Source: Ignavibacteria bacterium
GTDB lineage: Bacteria > Elusimicrobiota > Endomicrobiia > PHAN01
DNA length: 64,000 nt
Assembly (NCBI GenBank): GCA_041694835.1
Contig: JBGFRZ010000082.1
Span: 32,001-96,000, forward strand
Direction: 5' to 3'
In this document: one piece after another, positions 56,326 through 64,000 of the stretch
Layout of the letters: each line of letters starts with the position of its first letter
How positions within the stretch are numbered: the first letter of the stretch is position 1
Notes under the pieces: model-generated
Told to the model about the DNA's origin: nothing
The model's input: the letters and a program-made list of their open reading frames with translations, nothing else
The model's database searches: none
Program-made: the position numbers and the translations under genes

Positions 56326-57390
56326 CTATTGTCCGGCGATTTCAGATATGTAGACATCCACTATTTTAGGATCGAATCTGATTTCTTTTCCCATGGCAAG
56401 CATTTTGTTAACCGTAGCATCATCCATTCCGTTTGCCTTCATCTCGTCTATAGTTTCCGCCACATATAAAATTCTTGATGCAAGCGGTATCTGTTCACCC
56501 GAAAGTCCGTCCGGGAATCCCGTCCCGTCGTAATTTTCGTGATGATGCTTTATTATGACAGCGGCCCCCTTCAAAAGATTTATGGGTTCAAGCATGCTGG
56601 CCCCGATAGACGGATGCTTCGTGTCGATGTCGATATCGGAGCCGGATGTGATAAATATTCCTTCGGTTATCACTTTGTTTCCTTTTACAAAAAGTCTCCC
56701 TATGTCGTGAAGCATTGCACCGTAATAAAGGTCTTTGTATTCTTTGCCTGTAAGCCCCATGTGTCTGCCTATCATGGTAGTCAGCTGCGTGACTCTGGTG
56801 TGATGACCAAGGAGTTTGTTGTCCTGCGCCTCTATGGCAGCCACAAGAACTTCGAGCATGTTTACAAAAAAGTTTCTCTGGTCTTCAGATAACTTTGCGT
56901 TGTGGATGCTTACAGCCGCAAGATCGGCCAAGGTCGCCAGAATCTCCTGGTCATCCAGGGTGTATTGTCCTTCTTTCTTATTAAGAACCTCGACGATGCC
57001 GATGAGTTCGTTTTCTATGAGCATCGGGACGCAGAGAATCATCCTCGTCATAAATCCGCTAGATTTATCAAGCACGCCCGTAAACCTCGGGTCCATCGAT
57101 ACATCGTTTACAATCGTTGGTTTTTTGTTTTCTGCAACCCACCCCGCTATTCCATGACCAACCGGAACTTTCATTCTCTGGATGATGCCGCCTTTCGTTC
57201 CACTGGCCACCTTAAACGAAAGATTTTTTTTATCTTCGTCAAGAAGCATTATGGAAGACGCCTCCGAACTGAGATGCTCTTCGGCAAGTGCGCTTATCTT
57301 TTTGAGCAGTATATCAACATCAAGCGTCGTGGCTATGTTTTTGGCTATCAAAAAAATACTCTTAAAAATCTCTCTGGTTTTTGGATCCAT
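56326..57390 (-). CDS. GAF + HD-GYP-like protein (partly degenerate)
   Basis: GAF (GHGIAGWV, DPRF, ILCVPM, EVLNK); LHDIG and HHENYDGTGFP present, DAMTS.RPY segment missing. Confidence 0.82.
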   Translation of the reverse strand: MDPKTREIFKSIFLIAKNIATTLDVDILLKKISALAEEHLSSEASSIMLLDEDKKNLSFKVASGTKGGIIQRMKVPVGHGIAGWVAENKKPTIVNDVSMDPRFTGVLDKSSGFMTRMILCVPMLIENELIGIVEVLNKKEGQYTLDDQEILATLADLAAVSIHNAKLSEDQRNFFVNMLEVLVAAIEAQDNKLLGHHTRVTQLTTMIGRHMGLTGKEYKDLYYGAMLHDIGRLFVKGNKVITEGIFITSGSDIDIDTKHPSIGASMLEPINLLKGAAVIIKHHHENYDGTGFPDGLSGEQIPLASRILYVAETIDEMKANGMDDATVNKMLAMGKEIRFDPKIVDVYISEIAGQ

Positions 57391-57398
57391 GCATTCCT

Positions 57399-59114
57399 CT
57401 ATTGTGCCGAAGACAGAAGCTCTTCGACTGTGCTTAAACCCTGGGCTACCTTAATGAGACCGTCAGCAAAAAGCAACCTCATTCCTCTTTTTACAGCCAA
57501 ATCCCTTATCGGCCCTGCTGCTATTTCCGTAAGTAAAAGCCTCCTTATCTCCTCATCCATAATGAGCAATTCGTGTATGCCCAACCGCCCCTTATAGCCG
57601 GAGCCCCTGCAGGTTTTGCATCCGACCGCTTGATAAAACTTTGTGCCTTTCATGTCTATCCCATATTTTTTATATAACTCTATATACTTATCCTCCAAAG
57701 GAGCCGGCTGCTTGCATTCGCCGCAAAGTCGTCTTATCAAACGTTGAGCCAAAACCCCTTCTATGGACGAAGCTATCAAAAAAGATGGAATGCCCATCTC
57801 ATGAAGCCTCGCTACGGCGGAAGGGGCATCGTTCGTGTGAATAGTCGAAAAAACAAGATGGCCCGTCATGGCGGCCTCCATGCCGATCTGCGCCGTCTCC
57901 TTGTCTCTTATTTCTCCGACCATTATTATGTCCGGGTCCTGTCTCAAAAATGCCCTCAGGGCAGCGGCGAAATCAAATCCTATTTCCTGAATCACGTTCA
58001 CCTGCATTATTCCGGCAAGATTGTACTCAACTGGATTTTCCGCCGTGAGTATTTTTACATCAGGGGTGTTAATGGAGTTCAAAGCGGCATAAAGCGTCGT
58101 AGATTTTCCGGAGCCCGTTGGACCACAAACGAGTATAAGTCCGTACGGTTTTTCAAGCAAGGTCTGAAATTTACCAAATGTATCGGGAAGAAAACCGAGT
58201 TTTTGAAGATCGACCTGCACGGAAGCCCTATCCAAAACCCTCATTACGCAAGATTCGCCGAAAGCCGTAGGGATTATATTTACCCTAAACTCTATTGGAT
58301 TCCCCTTGGCGATGACCTGTATCCTTCCGTCCTGTGGTCTCCTGCGCTCGGTTATATCCATCTGGTTAGTCATGATTTTCAACTTGGCTATGAGGGCGTT
58401 TTTGAACGCCGGCGGCACGGGATGTCGCCATTCGTTGAGGACGCCGTCAACCCTGAATCTTACGATGAATTTTTTCTCGAGCGGCTCCATGTGTATATCA
58501 GATGCCTTCATTGAAATAGCGTCGAGTATGATGGCGTTTACAAGTTTCTCAACCTCGGGGGCGCTTGCGTCAAGCTCCGTGATATCGGTCGGTTCTTGTG
58601 GCGCAGCCGCGGCGAGTTCGATGCCTTCCGTGTCTCTCTTTTCAATATCGCTTAGAAGTTTATCTACCACTTCCGTTCCACCTATCCCGTAAGCCTTGTC
58701 GAGACATTTTGTTATATCGTCGGACATAGCCAAAAAAGGCTGAACGTTTATATTCGTTCTAAGATGTATGTCCTCGACGGCAAAAATGTCTTTTGGGTCG
58801 GCCATAGCGACGTAGAGGTAGTCCTCTTCTTTCGCGAAAGGAACCGTTCTGTGACGGCGGGCAAGCGCTTCCGGGATGATTTTTACTATCTCCGGATCTA
58901 TCTCGATGGCATCCAGATCCATCGACTTTACACCCCACTCCACCGAAAGAAGTTTCAGCAAAGCGAGTCTGTCAATTAATCCGAGTTTTATTATTGTTTG
59001 TTCAAGCGGCTGGTTCGTCCTTCTTGTCTCCGAAAGGGCGTGGTTAAACTGCTCATCAGATATGAGTTTTTTTTCGGTCAGAATTTCTTTTACCGTTTTT
59101 CTTCTGCCGGCCAT
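57399..59114 (-). CDS. pilB: Type IV pilus / type II secretion assembly ATPase (PilB/GspE family)
   Basis: ASDIHME, RRPQDGR, GPTGSGKSTT, AFLRQDPDIIMVGEIRD, TGHLVFSTIH and tetracysteine motif. Confidence 0.88.
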   Translation of the reverse strand: MAGRRKTVKEILTEKKLISDEQFNHALSETRRTNQPLEQTIIKLGLIDRLALLKLLSVEWGVKSMDLDAIEIDPEIVKIIPEALARRHRTVPFAKEEDYLYVAMADPKDIFAVEDIHLRTNINVQPFLAMSDDITKCLDKAYGIGGTEVVDKLLSDIEKRDTEGIELAAAAPQEPTDITELDASAPEVEKLVNAIILDAISMKASDIHMEPLEKKFIVRFRVDGVLNEWRHPVPPAFKNALIAKLKIMTNQMDITERRRPQDGRIQVIAKGNPIEFRVNIIPTAFGESCVMRVLDRASVQVDLQKLGFLPDTFGKFQTLLEKPYGLILVCGPTGSGKSTTLYAALNSINTPDVKILTAENPVEYNLAGIMQVNVIQEIGFDFAAALRAFLRQDPDIIMVGEIRDKETAQIGMEAAMTGHLVFSTIHTNDAPSAVARLHEMGIPSFLIASSIEGVLAQRLIRRLCGECKQPAPLEDKYIELYKKYGIDMKGTKFYQAVGCKTCRGSGYKGRLGIHELLIMDEEIRRLLLTEIAAGPIRDLAVKRGMRLLFADGLIKVAQGLSTVEELLSSAQ

Positions 59115-59147
59115 AGTTGTTTATTAAACAAAATAATTAAAATAAAG

Positions 59148-60158
59148 TCAAACATCGGAGACGGTAGTTCTGTTTCTCCCGAGCTGTTTTGATTTGTACA
59201 GCGCCTCGTCGGCGTTTTTTATCAGTTTCAGAGCGTCCATTTTGATTGAAGAGCCCGCGACGCCAGCCGATATCGTCACTTTAAGAACCCTGCCCTCATG
59301 GTTGAACATCGTCTCCGCTATACTTTCCCTAAGACGTTCGGCCCCTTGATGGGCGTCCGATATATGTGTCTGGGGCATTATGACCGCGAACTCCTCGCCG
59401 CCGTAGCGCGATTTTACATCTGAAAAACGGAAAGCGTCTTTCAGGAGCCTTGCTATTTCTTTTATTACAAAGTCGCCCGCGAGATGGCCGTAGCTGTCGT
59501 TGAACCTCTTGAAAAAATCTATGTCAAAAATCATAAGCGACAAATCCAATCCGTATTTTTGGGAAAGATTCAGCTCGTCGGCGAGTCTCTTTTTGAAATA
59601 ATTCTGATTGTAAAGTCCCGTCATCGGCTCGCTCACGGTGACTTTTTCAAGCACAGCGTTTTTGAGTGACTTAGAGGCAAGAGCAGCCATTATCCTAAGC
59701 GTCTCTTTTTCAAAATTCGCAACATCATGGAGACTTAAAACCCCGAGATGTTCCTGGCGATGTGTCAGAGGTATTACAAGCAAAGAACCACCCTTAAGAG
59801 GCTTCGTCTGCTCCTGAAAGAATCTTTTGTATCTGCTATCGCTCGATACTTCGTGGATAAATACTATATCGTTTACCTTAAGCGCCTCTCCCACAACTCC
59901 CTGCGACGGAGAAAGTCTGACCGTTTTCCATGCCGCGGGGGAAAGCCCGGATGCCGCCCTTACGCTTAAAAGTCCGTCTTCGTCCGGAACCATCAGAGAT
60001 GCCTTTTTCGTTTTCGTAAACTCCATGAAACTCTCCACGATGGCTCCGACAAGACGCTCGTAGCATTTTGCGTTCCCTATCTTTTTTACAGCGTCAGAAA
60101 GCTCCTTATTGCCTTGAGAATCTTTCCGAAATAATCCTATTGATTTCAACATTATCAA
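59148..60158 (-). CDS. GAF + GGDEF diguanylate cyclase
   Basis: DIDFFKRFNDSYGH..GD, RFSD I-site and RYGGEEF; start approximate (overlaps the upstream gene). Confidence 0.9.
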   Translation of the reverse strand: MIMLKSIGLFRKDSQGNKELSDAVKKIGNAKCYERLVGAIVESFMEFTKTKKASLMVPDEDGLLSVRAASGLSPAAWKTVRLSPSQGVVGEALKVNDIVFIHEVSSDSRYKRFFQEQTKPLKGGSLLVIPLTHRQEHLGVLSLHDVANFEKETLRIMAALASKSLKNAVLEKVTVSEPMTGLYNQNYFKKRLADELNLSQKYGLDLSLMIFDIDFFKRFNDSYGHLAGDFVIKEIARLLKDAFRFSDVKSRYGGEEFAVIMPQTHISDAHQGAERLRESIAETMFNHEGRVLKVTISAGVAGSSIKMDALKLIKNADEALYKSKQLGRNRTTVSDV

Positions 60159-61218
60159 TAAATCCTTTTATGTCGTCGGTCTTTGTGTCCGACACCGCCA
60201 TTATCACGGGAATAGACGTATGCTGTCTGCTGACCCAATAAATGCCTTTTAAATTTTTCAACTCTTCAATCGTTGGATACCCGTAATCCTTCGATTTCTG
60301 AGTTATAGCAACTCCTCCTGTGTCGTGATCGGCGGTGACTATTACAACCGTTTCGGGATTTTTCTTTTTGTATTCAAGAACAACCCCTATAGCGTCGTCG
60401 AACTCCAGAAAATCCTCTATAATGTCTTCCGCCGAGTTTGCATGACCGGCGTGGTCTATCCTGCCGCCTTCGACCATTAGGAAAAAACCGTCCTTTGACT
60501 TTGAAAGAAAATCGAGCGCCGATTTCGTCATCTCCGGAAGCGAAGGCTCGGTGGGTCTTCTGTCCTTGTAGTAACTCATCTCGTTCTGGTTGAAAAAACC
60601 GAGGACGTAATTGGATTTCATAGACGGAAGTTTCTTGAGTTCTTTCTTTGCGTAAATTGTGGCGTACCCTTTTGATTTTGAAGTTGCTTCGTCGAAGTAT
60701 TTAGCGCCTCCGCCGAAAATAAGATTTACTTTTTTTTCAAGTTGCTGGATGGCTATCTCTTCCTTGTTCGCCCTCGCCGTAACGTTCGCGGAAAAAGCGG
60801 CGGGGGTGGCGTCTACGACCTCGCAGGTCGTCACAAGCCCCGTCATCATTTTTCTTTCATGGGCCAAATCCAATAGCGAGCGAAGCGGGTTTCCTTTTTC
60901 GTCGACTCCCACCGCTGTGTTATATGTTTTTTTGCCGCAGGCGATGGATGTGGCCGCAGCGGCGGAATCAGTAATAAGATGTGAGGCGGAATAAGTTGTA
61001 ACGAGAGAAATTTTAGTGTCGGCTCTATTCATAAAATTTACTATGTTCATTTCAGATTTTCCAAGAACAAAGTCGTTGTAGTATTTGGCAAGACCTATAA
61101 CTCCAGGCCCCATCCCGTCGCCTATCATCAGTATTATCTTCGGAGATTGAGCGAATAAAAGTGAAGCAAATAGCAAGCAATAAGTGCTAAGTAACAAGAA
61201 ACGATGCGATTTTTTCAT
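60106..61218 (-). CDS. Alkaline phosphatase
   Basis: Signal peptide; IGDGMG, TDSAAAAT, ATPA, EGGRIDHAGH and TADHDTGG motifs. Confidence 0.92.
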   Translation of the reverse strand: MKKSHRFLLLSTYCLLFASLLFAQSPKIILMIGDGMGPGVIGLAKYYNDFVLGKSEMNIVNFMNRADTKISLVTTYSASHLITDSAAAATSIACGKKTYNTAVGVDEKGNPLRSLLDLAHERKMMTGLVTTCEVVDATPAAFSANVTARANKEEIAIQQLEKKVNLIFGGGAKYFDEATSKSKGYATIYAKKELKKLPSMKSNYVLGFFNQNEMSYYKDRRPTEPSLPEMTKSALDFLSKSKDGFFLMVEGGRIDHAGHANSAEDIIEDFLEFDDAIGVVLEYKKKNPETVVIVTADHDTGGVAITQKSKDYGYPTIEELKNLKGIYWVSRQHTSIPVIMAVSDTKTDDIKGFIDNVEINRIISERFSRQ

Positions 61219-61242
61219 AAATCCTCCAAATAGATAATAAAT

Positions 61243-63153
61243 TTATTTTCTGAAAACTTCCGGAAGTTTGCCGGGCAGTTTTTCGCCAATCTTTTTTTTC
61301 AGCTCTTCTTCGGCTTTCTTTTTTTCTATCTCAACATATTCTTTAATGCGGTTTTCAATCTCTTCAACTTTCGCTTTTGATTCGTCTATCCTGGAGCGAA
61401 CTTCCTTCTGCTTGTCGATGTATTGTTTTTGTACAGATTCTTTTTTGGAGTTGAATTCTTTCATCACCTCGTTTTTCTTCTCGTTAGTTAGACGAACTAT
61501 TTCGGCTCTGATTTTCTTGTGAAATTCGGCGATTTTTTCTCCGAAAAGCGCTTTCAATCTTTTGGAAAATATCTTTTCGATATTTGAATTGACCGAAACT
61601 TTCAGGTTGTCCGACGGGCCGAGAACTCTTGCGTCGATATTTATGGCATCCATTCCCGACCAGAGGTTTTTCACAATTTCTTTGACCTCGTCGTCTTCTG
61701 GCGCTCGCGCTGAAACTTCGTCCATTGTGAGATTTAATCCACAGTCAATGATGTCGCCGTCCTTCACGAACTTGGCGGAGATTCTCGAATTGCTTTTCTC
61801 AAAAGATGGCAGATAATCCGAAGACGGCAATCCAAGAGATTTTGATTCCAATCCAATGTAACTTATATTCAGGGAGTCGTAAGGCGTTGATTGTGTGTGA
61901 TCCAACTTGGCTGAAATTTCAATCTTTTTTTTGCCTTTATATCCTTTTATGTCCACAAGCATCGGACGGCCTAAAAGAACGGGTTCTGAAGTTATGTCGG
62001 TCACCTCCCCTATAAATCCAAGAGGTTCTTCCTGACCAAATGCACCCGAGAGCGAGATTTTTTTTATCAGGAAATCTGGCGATGTACCCTTTTTAGGGAA
62101 GATGACATCCGTACCCCTTAGACGTTTCCTGACGACTTTTTCCTCCTTTTTCCTGGCGGGCATGTATTTTCGGGCAAGATGAATGTAGTACATTACATTA
62201 TTGACCCTTTCAATCCATACCCTTCCGAAAATCGCCTCGGAGATGTTGCCAAAAGAAACCGGGGGAAGTTTCAACTTGTCGGCGAAAGCCCTGTAATCTT
62301 TCTCTTTAAGTTCGTTTAACCTGCCAAGTAAATTTTTTTCCGATCCGAAGTCGACGGAGATACTATCCGATATTTGCATAATTTCCAAATACGATTTTTC
62401 GAGCTCCTGTTTCGAGCGGTTCAGTTCGTTTATGACCTGCTTTGCATTTTCGATGTCTTTTGCATCCTGTATTTTTATTTGTCTTGCCATCTGCAGGGCG
62501 CTCTCGGCCGCTGCAAGTTGAGGGCTGAGCTTTAAATCCGAGAGTTTTGTTTCATAGTGAGAGTATTTCTGCGAGTAGCTTTCTTTAAGTGCGTCCATCT
62601 CCTTGACCGAGCCAAGCTCGTCGAACTTTACAACTTTGTCAATCGATATTTCCTTGATTTCTTTCTCATATGATTTTATCTTAGAAAGAGCGGGGAGGGA
62701 TGCTATCTCGCTCTCCGCTTTCTTTTTCAGTTTTCCGTAAAGCTCAGATGTCAGCCCCTGTTTTTTCTTCTTTTTCTCTATCTGCACCACCTTTTTCGGC
62801 GCAAGAGCGCCTGAAGTTTTACGAGGTGTTCCGGTTTTTATGCCTTCGACGGACATCTCCTCAATTATGAATTTTTTCGAAAGAAGCGGGACGGGCTTCA
62901 CGGCGAATCTGATATCGGATATCTCAAATAAATTCTTCCATGGGTCGTTTTTATCGGCAACTTGCAGATTTGATATCCCGACAGAGAGGTTTCTGAATTT
63001 TGTTTTAAGTGAACCAACATCGACTTTAGCACCGAATATCATCTCTCCCGAAGCCACCAGCGATTTCTTGAGCAGAATATCCAGCAAAAGGATATTAAAA
63101 AGCGTGATAAGAAAAATTATTGCCAACGCTGGAAGTAAAAATTTCCATCTCAT
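61243..63153 (-). CDS. TIGR03545-like membrane-anchored protein
   Basis: N-terminal TM, GAKVD, QVADKNDPWKNLFE and GTPRKTSGAL, beta-rich core and helical tail; paired with the next gene; family recalled, not searched. Confidence 0.65.
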   Translation of the reverse strand: MRWKFLLPALAIIFLITLFNILLLDILLKKSLVASGEMIFGAKVDVGSLKTKFRNLSVGISNLQVADKNDPWKNLFEISDIRFAVKPVPLLSKKFIIEEMSVEGIKTGTPRKTSGALAPKKVVQIEKKKKKQGLTSELYGKLKKKAESEIASLPALSKIKSYEKEIKEISIDKVVKFDELGSVKEMDALKESYSQKYSHYETKLSDLKLSPQLAAAESALQMARQIKIQDAKDIENAKQVINELNRSKQELEKSYLEIMQISDSISVDFGSEKNLLGRLNELKEKDYRAFADKLKLPPVSFGNISEAIFGRVWIERVNNVMYYIHLARKYMPARKKEEKVVRKRLRGTDVIFPKKGTSPDFLIKKISLSGAFGQEEPLGFIGEVTDITSEPVLLGRPMLVDIKGYKGKKKIEISAKLDHTQSTPYDSLNISYIGLESKSLGLPSSDYLPSFEKSNSRISAKFVKDGDIIDCGLNLTMDEVSARAPEDDEVKEIVKNLWSGMDAINIDARVLGPSDNLKVSVNSNIEKIFSKRLKALFGEKIAEFHKKIRAEIVRLTNEKKNEVMKEFNSKKESVQKQYIDKQKEVRSRIDESKAKVEEIENRIKEYVEIEKKKAEEELKKKIGEKLPGKLPEVFRK

Positions 63154-63183
63154 AATTTTTCTCCTGTGAAATCCTTCGGATTT

Positions 63184-63696
63184 CTATTTCAGTTTGTCGT
63201 ATATCCCGTAAATTTTCGTAAGTTTAAGCACCTTCACTATTTTCAACTTTTCCACTTTCGTTTTCAGATTGGTGCGGTAGTAAATTATGAATTTTTTGGC
63301 GAGCAGATATACAGGAACAAAAAGTATAATCGAAATCAAAATGCTACCGAGAACAACGGTGTTGTTGAATCTAGTGAAAGGAACAATGGGCAGGTTGTAA
63401 AGATAACTCCAAAAAGGAGCAAGTAAGCGGGCATCCACAAGCAGAGCGTAGCCGAAGATATCGGCCAGCGGATCCGCAAAATAGGCCACGAGCTTGAACA
63501 AAAGCGCCGAAAATAAAGCTGCTCCTATGTTCACCTTAAGCAAGAATATCAACAGAAATACGAAGATGCCGAGAACTAAGCTTAAAGGCACAAGACCAAG
63601 TATTACACCGAAAGCCACTCCGGCGGCGATCTCGGACGGAGAAATTTCACTGTGTAACAACCTTATGATTTTCTGAATTATCTTTAGCCAAAACAT
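63184..63696 (-). CDS. TIGR03546-like (DUF2062) membrane protein
   Basis: Hydrophobic; SPSEIAAG...LGLVP and LYNLPIVPFTRFNNTVVLGS. Confidence 0.7.
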   Translation of the reverse strand: MFWLKIIQKIIRLLHSEISPSEIAAGVAFGVILGLVPLSLVLGIFVFLLIFLLKVNIGAALFSALLFKLVAYFADPLADIFGYALLVDARLLAPFWSYLYNLPIVPFTRFNNTVVLGSILISIILFVPVYLLAKKFIIYYRTNLKTKVEKLKIVKVLKLTKIYGIYDKLK

Positions 63697-63836
63697 CGAT
63701 TCCCTCCCATGAAATCCTTCGGATTTCTACATGAGTGTGTATCAGTGCCGACTTAGGCATTCGCTTCCTGCAAACATTATAGTAATTATTTTTGGTTTTT
63801 CAAAAGGTGCTACACTCAAATGTACTGCGGGGGTTG

Positions 63837-63920
63837 ACCCCGTTAGAAATTATAGCGCTCTTAAGAGGAAATTAAAAGTTTCCCTGAACTCCTCAAATCA
63901 TCAGAGATTTCTAACGGGGT
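63837..63920. repeat. 84-bp MITE/REP-like element with 14-bp terminal inverted repeats
   Basis: ACCCCGTTAGAAAT (63837-63850) ... ATTTCTAACGGGGT (63907-63920). Confidence 0.65.
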
Positions 63921-63948
63921 TGACTAAAAAATTCGTATTTGATAGAAT
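63920..63948 (+). promoter_or_regulatory. Sigma70-type promoter of the tRNA gene
   Basis: TTGACT, 17 bp spacer, TGa-TAGAAT. Confidence 0.7.
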
Positions 63949-63967
63949 AACTCGCATATAATTTGAC

Positions 63968-64000
63968 GCCGGGGTGGCGGAACTGGCAGACGCAAGGGAC
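63968..64000 (+). tRNA. tRNA, probably Leu (5' part only; anticodon lies outside the window)
   Basis: GCCGGGGTGGCGGAACTGGCAGACGC D-arm typical of tRNA-Leu, followed by anticodon stem start GGGAC. Confidence 0.8.

Noticed and set aside
44-63961. Many short or antisense ORFs in the supplied track (e.g. 8706-9236, 13735-14277, 56902-57597, 57744-58514, 63731-63961)
   Set aside because: They shadow well-supported genes on the other strand or frame, or span repeats and promoters, and carry no motifs
1-64000. CRISPR array, integrase or transposase
   Set aside because: No regularly spaced 25-45 bp repeats with unique spacers and no recombinase motifs; the repeats are short tandem or dispersed

Overview
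A 64 kb chromosomal window from a diderm bacterium (it has a lipid A acyltransferase and outer-membrane barrels). The gene content is reminiscent of Elusimicrobiota, which is an inference only. All family calls come from motifs recognised by eye; no HMM or database search was run. Left (1-17 kb): housekeeping genes (HD-GYP, rsmI, argC, argJ, LMW phosphatase, glyA, upp, wecA-like, wecB, lpxL-like, DUF362, wecG-like, smc) with an AT-rich restriction-modification (RM) pair inside the arg operon. Centre (17.9-38.2 kb, minus strand), the main finding: a ~20 kb co-oriented cluster behind two tandem c-di-GMP-I riboswitches. It encodes a stand-alone T9SS-CTD/FlgD-Ig-like protein, a PorV-like barrel-TPR protein, a single-chain FliF(ring domain)-TM-FliG-TPR fusion with no other flagellar gene in the window, long coiled-coil rods built on a 61-residue repeat, a large Fn3-repeat protein with a type-B CTD, a PorP/SprF-like barrel fused to LysM, and a coiled-coil/TM/beta-propeller protein. 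This looks like a candidate non-flagellar ring-based envelope machine. Right (38-64 kb): panC, reductive pyrimidine catabolism with AOR, CoA-transferase and carboxyltransferase genes interrupted by two more RM modules (one with a frameshifted HNH nuclease), a GGDEF-PilB-HD-GYP module, alkaline phosphatase, a TIGR03545/03546-like pair and the 5' part of a tRNA-Leu. Several small repeat families (heptamer arrays inside and between genes, a hairpin plus Shine-Dalgarno cassette, a Cheo-box-like palindrome, a MITE-like element) and a ~200-nt rod-like ncRNA candidate are also present.
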